NCBI GenBank assembly: GCA_002269645.1
Contig: NIVC01000226.1
Location: 1-64,000, forward strand
Reading direction: 5' to 3'
Source of the DNA: Macrostomum lignano
Taxonomy: Eukaryota
DNA length: 64,000 nt
Positions 38,101-48,725 of this stretch are shown here, in pieces. The translations under genes were made by a program, and so were the position numbers. Position 1 is the first letter of the stretch. Each line of letters opens with the position of its first letter. Under the pieces are notes generated by a model, which did no database searches, was not told the origin of the DNA, and saw only the letters and a program-made list of their open reading frames with translations.

Positions 38101-40010
38101 CTCAGCATTTAGCAATAACTCAGCAGTTTAGCAGCATCGTCTACAGCAATGATCTTTTCAACAATGTAGAAATTAGCTCAGCATTTTATGGCTCACTAAT
38201 CGATTTTCGATACATATCGGCAATCTTTTGCACCACTCAGCATTTAGCAATACAGTTTAGCAGCATCATCTGCAGTTAAGTAATTATCTACTTCTATAAA
38301 CCTAGATAATAACAATTAATGGGATCTTAGGATTTTACAAATCAAACCAAATTTGCTTAGTGGCTTGTGCGAGTAGCAAAAATAAATTATTGTAATTAAT
38401 AAAAAAATTTTGATTGCTCAGGCAATATATAATTAATCAAGCAATTCTCAAAATAGTCGAAGCACAAGCTACTAATCAATGAATTTATTTAATTTTAATT
38501 ATCCGCTGGGGAGGCAGACTCGAACCTTGGACCTTACGCCTAGCCTAAACCTAGTCCTAGTGCCTACACTGCGGCTATTCCGCCTACTGATTGGAGCGCG
38601 CAAAAATCAGCGATATATGCTTCGGCACTGCAGTCAAATACATAGCAGTGATAGGCTGCTCAGTGTGCACAGGTTGTATGCAGGCAGAGCCAATGCACAG
38701 TTGAGTGAAATCTATAAATAGCAATTGTCTATGCAGTCCGCCAGTCAGCCAGGGTCAGAATGTACACACGCAGCCACTGAGCATTATTTTCCTCTCCCTT
38801 ATTGCAGCCAGTATTGAGGCGTACGCAGTGAACAGAGAAAAGTTGTGACGCAATCTTAATTGGAATTGAAATTCAGTTAGTGAGATTTTGACCTTTTCTA
38901 GCTTTCCATTGAAATCATTGAGAAAACTCGTTTTTCGAATATTTAACCATCTTCCCATTCGATTTTTTTCAATGCAATTACACCCACACAATCTCACAAG
39001 AATTTGCAATTGAATAAAGCAAGTTTGAAAAAAATCGGTTCAGGCATTCAGGCTGTAGACTGAAATACCGGTCAGACAGACAGACAGACAGACAGACCTT
39101 AGAGATTTATTAGAGATTTAGTATATTGTGAGTATATTGTGAGTATATTGTGATTCTTGACATGGTAGATTTGAGTTTTGAAATATTAGATTTGATTCTT
39201 GACATTGACATGGTAGATTTGAGTTTTGAAATATTAGATTTGATTCTTGACATGGTAGATTTGAGTTTTGAAATATTAGATTTGATTCTTGACATGGTAG
39301 ATTTGAGTTTTGAAATATTAGATTTGATTCTTGACATGGTAGATTTGATTTTTGAAATATTAGATTTGATTCTTGACATGGTAGATTTGATTTTTGAAAT
39401 ATTAGATTTGATTCTTAACTTGGTAGATGTGATTTTTTAAATCGTAGATTTGCTTTTTGTAATATTAGATTTGTTTCTTAACTTGGTAGATTCGATTCTT
39501 GACATGGTAAATCTGATTCTTAAGATTGTAGGTTTGATTTTTGGAACGGTAGATTAGATTTTTTGACTCGTGGATTTGTTTTTAGTTTGGTATAATATTT
39601 GATGCTGAAAATGGAAGCTTTTATTCTTCCCTAATCTTGACTCACTTATTCACAAACCGAAGTCCCGCAAGCGGATTGGCAGGCTGCACCTGCTGGAGAT
39701 CAAAGACGAAGCCGCCTCTGGTGCCACCTCCGCCGTAATGATGTACAGCCGCGACAGCGCCTTCGGCGGCGTGCTGGACCTCAGCTGGGCCGGGGATGCC
39801 ACAGGAGACTCACCGCGCCTGTGGACTGCCAACGCTGATGGCAGCCTGGCCATGTACAGCGTGGGGCTGCAGGACCTCACCGTGACCGCCTCCGTGCCGC
39901 CTCCCGCAGCTGCTGCCGGGGCTCCGCATGGGGACGGCTGTTCTGGGCACTGCATCGCCCTGTCTGTTAACTGCTTTGAGGACAGGTGTGCGGCTTTGCA
40001 CTGGCGCTTA

Positions 40011-40089
<79 letters not shown>

Positions 40090-40090
40090 G

Positions 40091-40149
<59 letters not shown>

Positions 40150-40150
40150 G

Positions 40151-40189
<39 letters not shown>

Positions 40190-40198
40190 GTGTCTGTG

Positions 40199-40273
<75 letters not shown>

Positions 40274-40274
40274 G

Positions 40275-40347
<73 letters not shown>

Positions 40348-40378
40348 GTGTGTCTGTGTGTCTGTCTGTCTGTCTGTG

Positions 40379-40467
<89 letters not shown>

Positions 40468-40490
40468 GTCTGTCTGTCTGTCTGTCTGTG

Positions 40491-40545
<55 letters not shown>

Positions 40546-40546
40546 G

Positions 40547-40577
<31 letters not shown>

Positions 40578-40630
40578 GTCTGTCTGTCTGTCTGTCTGTG
40601 TGTCTGTCTCTGTCTGTCTATCTATCTACC

Positions 40631-40689
<59 letters not shown>

Positions 40690-40701
40690 CTATCTATCCA
40701 T

Positions 40702-40758
<57 letters not shown>

Positions 40759-40782
40759 CATCTACATGTCTATCTATCTATC

Positions 40783-40813
<31 letters not shown>

Positions 40814-40825
40814 CTATCTATCCAT

Positions 40826-40866
<41 letters not shown>

Positions 40867-40902
40867 CATCTATCTATCCATCTACATGTCTATCTATCTA
40901 TC

Positions 40903-40933
<31 letters not shown>

Positions 40934-40945
40934 CTATCTATCCAT

Positions 40946-41011
<66 letters not shown>

Positions 41012-41012
41012 G

Positions 41013-41086
<74 letters not shown>

Positions 41087-44000
41087 CCCAGAGTGGCAGC
41101 CAGCTACTCAACGGGTCACTGCGCACTCCTAGAACATCCCGAGCATCAGGAGGCATCCGCAACCAGCAGCTCCTGGCTCGCCCACGACCTGGAGGCCTGG
41201 GTCTGCCAGCCCAGCCGCTGGTCCAGCCAGGCGGCTCTGAGCGGCGGCGACGACTGCCAGCTGAAGCTGTGGGACCGGCGTTCGGCGGGCGCCTGCAGTC
41301 GCAGCCTCAGGTGGGGTGCCTGCTTCTGTGTGTCGTTGAATGCCTGTCCATTTATGCTATGAAAAACTCGCTCACGATGAATGTTGCTATGAAAAAAATC
41401 CACGCAGACACGACGCTGGTGTGACCATGATAGTGGAGCATCCAACCGTGCCTTATCTATTCCTGTCTGGCAGGTAAAACGGTTTGTCTTCTCTTCTGCA
41501 GGCTTTTGTTTTGACTTTTTTTTAATCTTATTTTCTCCATCCGTCAGCCGATTCTCTAAACTGAAAATCTCATCCCATATCCAGTCTTACCAGCTCAATC
41601 ATAGTCGCAATTCACCTCCATGTAAATAGTAACACCTGTCTCAGTCTCAGTCTCCGTGCTTCAGTCTCTAGTCTCACCCTCCCCAATCTCTAGTCTCACC
41701 CTCCCCAATCTTTAGTCTCACCCTCCCCAATCTCTAGTCTCACCCTCCCCAATCTTTAGTCTCACCCTCCCCAATCTCTAGTCTCACCCTCCCCAATCTT
41801 TAGTCTCACCCTCCCCAATCTCTAGTCTCACCCTCCGTAATCTCTAGTCTCAGCCTCAATCAATATCTAGTCTCACCCTGCCTCAATATGTAGTCTCATT
41901 TTCTTTCAATATTAGTCTCACCTTCCTTCAATATCTAGTCTCACCCTCCATCAATCTCTAATCTCACTCTCCATCAATCTCTAGTCTCACCCTCCCTTAA
42001 TGTCTAGTCTCACCCTCAATCTCTAGTGTCACCCTCCCTCAATCTCTACTCTCACCACCCCTCAATCTCTAGTGTCACCCTCCCTCAATCTCTAGTCTCA
42101 CCCTCCCTCAATCTCTACTCTCACCCTCCCTCAATCTCTACTCTCACCCTCCCTCAATCTCTAGTCTCACCCTCCCTCAATCTCTACTCTCACCCTCCCT
42201 CAATCTCTAGTCTCACCCTCCCTCAATCTCTACTCTCACCCTCCCTCAATTTTAGTCTCACCCTCCCTCAATCTCTACTATCACCACCCCTCAATCTCTA
42301 GTGTCACCCTCCCTCAATCTCTACTCTCACCCTCCCTCAATCTCTAGTCTCACCCTCCCTCAATCTCTAATCTCACCCTCCCTCAATCTCTACTCTCACC
42401 CTCCCTCAATCTCTACTCTCACCCTCCCCAATCTTTAGTCTCACCCTCCCCAATCTCTAGTCTCACCCTCCCCAATCTTTAGTCTCACCCTCCCCAATCT
42501 CTAGTCTCACCCTCCGTAATCTCTAGTCTCAGCCTCAATCAATATCTAGTCTCACCCTGCCTCAATATGTAGTCTCATTTTCTTTCAATATTAGTCTCAC
42601 CTTCCTTCAATATCTAGTCTCACCCTCCATCAATCTCTAATCTCACTCTCCATCAATCTCTAGTCTCACCCTCCCTTAATGTCTAGTCTCACCCTCAATC
42701 TCTAGTGTCACCCTCCCTCAATCTCTACTCTCACCACCCCTCAATCTCTAGTGTCACCCTCCCTCAATCTCTAGTCTCACCCTCCCTCAATCTCTACTCT
42801 CACCCTCCCTCAATCTCTACTCTCACCCTCCCTCAATCTCTAGTCTCACCCTCCCTCAATCTCTACTCTCACCCTCCCTCAATCTCTAGTCTCACCCTCC
42901 CTCAATCTCTACTCTCACCCTCCCTCAATTTTAGTCTCACCCTCCCTCAATCTCTACTATCACCACCCCTCAATCTCTAGTGTCACCCTCCCTCAATCTC
43001 TACTCTCACCCTCCCTCAATCTCTAGTCTCACCCTCCCTCAATCTCTAATCTCACCCTCCCTCAATCTCTAGTCTCACCCTCCCTTCAATCTCTACTCTC
43101 CCCCTCCCTCAATCTCTAGTCTCACCCTCCCTCAATCTCTAGTCTCACCCTCAATCTCTAGTGTCACCCTCCCTCAATCTCTACTCTCACCACCCCTCAA
43201 TCTCTAGTGTCACCCTCCCTCAATCTCTAGTCTCACCCTCCCTCAATCTCTACTCTCACCCTCCCTCAATTTCTACTCTCACCCTCCCTCAATCTCTACT
43301 CTCACCCTCCCTCAATCTCTACTCTCACCCTCCCTCAATCTCTACTCTCACCCTCCCTCAATCTCTACTCTCACCCTCCCTCAATCTCTAGTCTCACCCT
43401 CCCTCAATCTCTACTATCACCACCCCTCAATCTCTAGTCTCACCCTCCCTCTGGTCTTACCCTCCCTCAATTTCTAGTCTTATCGTATTTCGATATCTAG
43501 TCTCACCTTCAATCTCTAATCTATCCGTCCTATTGTGATCGCCCAGCTACGATGAGTCAGTCCGCGTGTGGGACACCCGAGCCCTCGGCCGTCCAGTTCA
43601 TTCGCTGAGCGTTGGCGGCGGCGTCTGGCGTTTGAAATGGTCGGCCTGCTGCCAGAGGCTGCTGTGCGCGGCCATGTACAACGGGTTCAAAGTACTGGCC
43701 TTCTCGTCGGGTGAGTGCAGGGCTCTCTTCATCGCAGCGTGAGAACAGACTGGGCTGAGACTCTCGTTCCTAAGATCTTTTTAGGTTTGAGATTCTCGCT
43801 TGATTCTCACTACTCGTATTAACAAGTAGTGAGGTTCTCGTTCCGATTGGTCTAGATTGAGCCCGTGACAATTTCACTGCCAACAGTTAAAGTTTGGGTT
43901 AAGAATTACAGTGTATGGTTTAGCTTAGGATTTAAAGGGTAGGTTAGAGTTGAAGTTAGGGTTTATCTAAGGGTATATATTATGGTTTAGGTTAGGGTTC

Positions 44001-45476
44001 AGGAATTAGGTTTAGGTTAGGGTTCAGGAATTAGTTTTAGGTTAGGGTTCAGGAATTAGGTTTAGGTTAGGGTTCAGGAATTAGGTTTAGGTTAGGGTTG
44101 AGGAATTAGGTTTAGGTTAGGGGCGCCAGCACCAAGGGGCGCCAGCACCGAGGGGCGCCAGGGGCGCCAGCACCAAGGGGCGCCAGCACCGAGGGGCGCC
44201 AGGGGCGCCAGCACCAAGGGGCGCCAGCACCGAGGGGCGCCAGGGGCGCCAGGGGCGCCAGCACCAAGGGGCGCCAGCACCAAGGGTCGCCAGCACCAAG
44301 GGGCGCCCAGCACCAAGGGGCGCCCAGCACCAAGGGGCGCCCAGCACCAAGGGGCGCCAGCACCAAGGGGCGCCAGCACCAAGGGGCTTTAGCACCAAGG
44401 GGCTTTAGCACCAAGGGGCTTTAGCACCAAGGGGCGCCAGCACCAAGGGGCGCCAGCACCAAGGGGCGCCAGCACCAAGGGGCTTTAGCACCAAGGGGCG
44501 CCAGCACCAAGGGGCGCCAGCACCAAGGGGCGCCAGCACCAAGGGGCGCCAGCACCAAGAGGCGCCAGCACCAAGGGGCGCCAGCACCAAGGGGCGCCAG
44601 CACCAAGGGGCGCCAGCACTAAGGGGCGCAAGCACCAAGGGGCGCCAGCACCAAGAGGCGCCAGCACCAAGGGGCGCCAGCACCAAGGGGCGCCCAGCAC
44701 CAAGGGGCGCCAGCACCAAGGGGCGCCAGCACCAAGGGGCTTTAGCACCAAGGGGCGCCAGCACCAAGGGGCGCCAGCACCAAGGGGCGCCAGCACCAAG
44801 GGGCGCCAGCACCAAGGGGCGCCAGCACCAAGGGGCGCCAGCACCAAGGGGCGCCAGCACCAAGAGGCGCCAGCACCAAGGGGCTTTAGCACCAAGGGGC
44901 GCCAGCACCAAGGGGCGCCAGCACCAAGGGGCGCCAGCACCAAGAGGCGCCAGCACCAAGGGGCGCCAGCACCAAGGGGCGCCAGCACCAAGGGGCGCCA
45001 GTACCTTCGGTGAAACTTAGCCAACTATAAAGAAAAAGTGCGTAGCGGAAGGCAAAAGAACAACAAAGATGTTAACGATATTCGAACAAGCTGCAAGATT
45101 TATTTTATTTTATAAATAACATTTGATTATATAAAACACAATAGCTGCAGTCTGTTTATCGCATGCACTGGCAGTACGCTCGTACATAAGCAAAGGAACT
45201 GCAGTGGAATTCTCTTCTTTCTAAGAATTTTAATTGATGAGAATTTCTTGCTTCAATTATTTTAAGGGTTTGATGCAAATTGTTGATTGATTTACGATCC
45301 TCATATTTTCCTATTTAGCAACTGGACTGCAGCTTCTCGAAGAGTTCAACAGTCCACACAGCAGCATAGCCTACGGCGCTGACTGGGTCGGCAGCTTCTC
45401 CGAGTCTGACAGGCAGCTTGTGGCCACCTGCTCATTCTATGATCACCTGCTGTGCCTGTGGAGTCACAGCTTTTAA
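29153..45476 (+). CDS. DPH7: Diphthine methylesterase (WDR85/DPH7), 6 coding exons, ~350 aa; start codon not encoded in the first exon
   Basis: Exons 29153-29272, 39663-39985, 41092-41310, 41408-41473, 43547-43710, 45319-45476, phase-consistent. Motifs [83 protein letters not shown]. Confidence 0.93.
29305..30470. repeat. Highly homogeneous 21-bp minisatellite (GATACTGATAGTGGTAGATTT)
   Basis: About 55 near-identical units in DPH7 intron 1. Confidence 0.97.
30575..36549 (-). mobile_element. Non-autonomous Helitron, family A, copy 2
   Basis: Reverse complement of copy 1: 5' TCCTATATACTAAAAATG at 36549, the same unique body, 23-bp array (31350-35930), 18-bp array (30730-31260), hairpin plus CTAG at 30575. 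Confidence 0.92.
36005..36068 (-). other. tRNA-like A/B-box segment inside Helitron A2
   Basis: On the - strand: TAGCCCTGATG followed by GGGTTCGAATC. Confidence 0.5.
36550..39153 (-). mobile_element. Non-autonomous Helitron, family B, fused head-to-tail to A2
   Basis: 5' A|TCACAATATAC...TCTCTAAGG(TCTG)n...AACCGATTTTTTTCAAACTTG; 3' GC-rich hairpin (36561-36577) plus CTAG abutting the 5' TC of A2; 17-bp CCCAGATTAGCACTCAG array at 36790-37480. Confidence 0.8.
38505..38582 (-). other. tRNA-like A/B-box segment inside Helitron B
   Basis: On the - strand: TAGCCGCAGTGTAGG followed by GGTTCGAGTC. Confidence 0.45.
39154..39560. repeat. 42-bp (2x21) minisatellite, host site of the composite Helitron
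   Basis: GATTCTTGACATGGTAGATTT alternates with GA(G/T)TTTTGAAATATTAGATTT; continues from 30480-30574 on the other side of the insertion. Confidence 0.9.
40012..41085. repeat. Compound (TCTG)n/(TCTA)n microsatellite filling DPH7 intron 2
   Basis: About 1.07 kb; switches from TCTG to TCTA near 40615; runs to within a few bases of the acceptor at 41091. Confidence 0.98.
41665..43520. repeat. 23-bp minisatellite (CTCTAGTCTCACCCTCCCTCAAT) with a 679-bp higher-order duplication
   Basis: Diagnostic variant CGTAA at 41836 and 42515; identical ORFs at 42026 and 42705. Confidence 0.95.
43985..44120. repeat. Telomere-like 25-bp repeat (TTAGGTTTAGGTTAGGGTTCAGGAA)
   Basis: TTAGGG-containing tandem units inside DPH7 intron 5. 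Confidence 0.85.
44120..45000. repeat. 17-bp GC-rich minisatellite (GGGCGCCAGCACCAAGG)
   Basis: About 50 tandem units. Confidence 0.97.
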
Positions 45477-45524
45477 TCTGTGACATTGTCTTCTTATTGT
45501 TGATTTAATAAGTTTGAAATATAC

Positions 45525-45530
45525 AATAAA
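45525..45530 (+). terminator. Candidate polyadenylation signal for DPH7
   Basis: AATAAA 49 nt after the stop. Confidence 0.6.
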
Positions 45531-45746
45531 CTGCATTGTTCTATCTGGCTAATAATCTATTAATAAATATGGAATTTACTTTTCTTGGTATTTTGGTATT
45601 TAAGGAATTGCGTGGTATTAAAAGGAGTATTTAGAGAAAATAACTTTTACTACCACTGAATAAGACATGGTTAGAAAGGTGCTAAATGTTTTTATTGTTC
45701 TTTTAGATTCTTGTCAATTATTTTGTCAGCAATTGGAATTCAGTTT

Positions 45747-47920
45747 TTAGTGCTTATTTCCCGACCTCTCAAAGTACATGAAGTCCTGAAATTGAAACGG
45801 GGGTTGACCATAGTGTGTGCGGGAGTTTTTTTAATTCAAATGAAAATATTAGACGCAACATCCGCATGAATGCGCCCACCACTCCACTGCATCCACCACC
45901 TCACCGCACCCACCACCCCACTGCACCCACCACCCCACTGCACCCACCACCCCACTGCACCCACCACCCACTGCGCCCGCCACTAACTGCACCCACCACC
46001 TCAACACACCCAGAATTTTTGCGCAAATTTATCCACAAAAGATAAAATCTACTCACGATGAGAAAGCAGGCTCCGAGAATTGTGGCCTTGATGTCAACAT
46101 GCAGGTCCATAGGGAACGTAATACCAAAGTTGTCGGCATCCGTGAAGTACTCCTGCAGTAGGTTCGACCACTGCCTAGAGACCTTGCCGATCTCGTTATT
46201 GCCGTCCGTAGTCATTAGCTGTGTAGTTAAATAGTGCAAAAGTAGAAATGTACTTTTGTCAATGTATACTTTCGTCACGTTAGTCAAGGTGGTGTCAATC
46301 AGGTTGGGTAAATTTCTAAGAATACATCCTGTTCCAGCTCAGCCGAAAGTACTGAACTTTTCGCATTTTTAATCGGTCGCGATTGTTTATCAGCGATACT
46401 CGTTCATGTACGCATTACAGAAAAGAAAGTCACTAACCGCGAACGGTATGTCATCGCCAGGGCAGTGGCATGCGCAGTAGCTGGGCCCTCGGATCAGCAG
46501 CACCGTGTTGCCCTGGGCATCCTGGATCGTGTAGTTCGCGCTGCACCCTTCGTACACCTGCGTGACCGTACCAACCATTCTGCCTGGCGGTGCCTCGACG
46601 GTGACTTTGTCCAGGCAGCATTTTGCGCAGGAGAAGCACTGGCCGTAGCACATGCACTTGTAGGGCCGGCTGATGTGGATCACCTCCTGGCCTGTGTTGT
46701 CAGTCACCAGCATCTCGAACGGGCGCTGGGCGCCGAGGCACTGACGATCGCAGGTGCTGGAATCTGGAGGGAGGGTGAGGCTTGAACTGACGATTGATGC
46801 TTGATAATTCTTTTGTGTGTGTGAAGTTGGAGATTCTTTCAGCACCTCATTGACACTTTTGTTCAATTCCGGAATTGCAGAATGCGCGCCGTGTAGCTAC
46901 GTCAAAGTACAAGTAAGAACGTGTAACTTCAGTCAGTGCAAATGATATGTCGACTTATCTGATATGGCAGCACTCCCGCGGTCAAACCCACTAGCTTCAA
47001 TTGATAATTTTTGGGACATGAAGTTTGGACTGGGAGGTTTGTCGTGTGACTATTGGCTGACTGACTATTAGATATTTACATGTAACTGACTGATGGCTTG
47101 CATATCTAGTTATCTGTATAAACTCACCCTCTTTGGCAAAGAACACCTGCTGACCGACATTGTTGAGCACGATATATTTGTTGGCGGTCTCCCAGCCGAT
47201 AAGAACTTTCGTTGAAATTGCAATTTGATGATATTAAGTTTTAACGACATATAGTTTCACTTATATAATATTAACAGGATGATTTAGTATAAAAATAATA
47301 ATAACTATTATTGATTACACCTGCCCTAATTGGGCCAAATGTGCAACTGACAGCTCAGCCGCAGCTATTGCGTGGCGCATTTGAAGGCTGCGTACGGCTG
47401 TTCAGTCCAAGGACTGGGGGGTCGCCACACACACCCTCAATTACCCCAGCTAATGCTGGCACCCATTTTACAGCTGGGTGAACTGAAGCAGTGCAGAGTT
47501 AAGTGCTTTACTCAGGGACACAAATTGTTCCAGTGGGATCGGGAATCGAACTCCCAACTTTTAAGTCGTGAGTCCGACGCTCTGACTACTAGGCTGCAAC
47601 CCCTCTAGTATCTGGCATTCGCTAAATGCTTTTTGTAGTCTGTGATAGAAGATCTAAAATATTTTTTTTGCTTTTTTACCAAGTGTTCACATTAATAGCG
47701 GCTGGGTTCACACCTGTTGCCAATTATCGCATATCAACTCACTTTCGATCATTTCCTTCTGTTGCTTGATTAGAATCTGATCGAGAGAGGCCAAGTACTG
47801 CAGTGCAGGTGGCATCTGCAATGCCTGCTGCTGCACCTGCTGCTGCTGCTGCTGCTGCTGCTGCACCTGCTGCTGCTGAGCATTGTAGGCATAGGCATCC
47901 GGCGTAGTTTGCTGCTGCAT
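45747..47920 (-). CDS. PLSCR: Phospholipid scramblase (PLSCR family), 5 exons, ~260 aa, with a polyQ N-terminus
   Basis: Exons 47920-47743, 47205-47128, 46763-46438, 46218-46057, 45785-45747, phase-consistent. Motifs LQYLASLDQILIKQ, GWETANKY, RQCLGAQRPFEM, EAPPGRMVGTVTQ, IGKVSRQWS, DADNFGITFPMDL, KATILGACFLIDFMYFE. AATAAA on - strand at 45691-45696. Confidence 0.95.
47345..47605 (-). mobile_element. tRNA-derived SINE with CORE/V-like central domain, in scramblase intron 1
   Basis: A-box-like GCAGCCTAGTAG, B box AGTTCGATTCCC, then GTGTCCCTGAGTAAAGCACTTAACT...CAGCTGTAAAATGGG. Confidence 0.75.
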
Positions 47921-48629
47921 AATTCTGTTGCTTGAATTTCAACTTTCGTCTAACTATAATTTCTTGCAAACGAAAATTCTTTGAGGGCGTTGCTTATGCT
48001 TGGCTTTCTCTTTCTGCACTATATAGAGAATGAAGAAAAGATGGAGAGAGAAACAGCACCTCTCAACTTCTGACGTGGCTCCACCTCAAACCAAGACACG
48101 AAAACAGCAATGTACATCCAATTGGCACGGGTGCATTTCGGTCCAAATTCGGAGCAAGAAAGAAACCCAATTCAAACAGAATGTCTCATGCGCTCGCAGC
48201 TTATAGTATGGGTTAGTCTTTGCGCTTTCGAGTAAACTCTTTGCTGTGTATGCAAGCTTGTCTTTAAGAGCAGTTATAACCAGAACAGATTTCGGTCGGT
48301 CAGGACCCATGGCCTGTAGCTAGATGTTTCTGTTTTTAGAGAACAATTTGTCTCTTCTGAATTAGCCAACTAAAATGTACGCACAGTAGCCACAAGTGAC
48401 AGGCAGTTTTTCTTTTGTCAGTTTTAGCCAAGTATATATTCTCGCTGCTGAGTAAACCTACCCAGGCCTTGTGCTAGCTAAACAATTTTGATGGAGTAAC
48501 CATGAAAGTTTCTACTTTTCGTCACAAGAATTGCGCTCCAAAGCTAGACGAATTACAGAGAAGCTCAACTTTCTGCCACCTCTTTAAGTTGGCATCAACC
48601 TGACCAATAGGAGATAGCTTTAGTGACGC

Positions 48630-48725
48630 CCACCAAAAGACAGGGCCGCCCACCGAGAGACCGGGGCCTCTCAACAAGAGACGGGGGCGCCCACTAAAAG
48701 ACAGGGGCGCCCACCAAGAGACCGG
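48630..48725. repeat. 20-bp minisatellite (ACAGGGGCGCCCACCAAGAG), split by Ginger1; continues at 51251-51372
   Basis: The same units occur on both sides of the insertion. Confidence 0.9.

Noticed and set aside
39928-41424. ORFs of 458-498 aa with CLSV/YLSI repeats
   Set aside because: They read through a (TCTG)n/(TCTA)n intron; only the flanking DPH7 exons are coding.
43985-44120. True telomere or chromosome fusion site
   Set aside because: The TTAGGG is embedded in a 25-bp composite unit within an intron of an intact gene.
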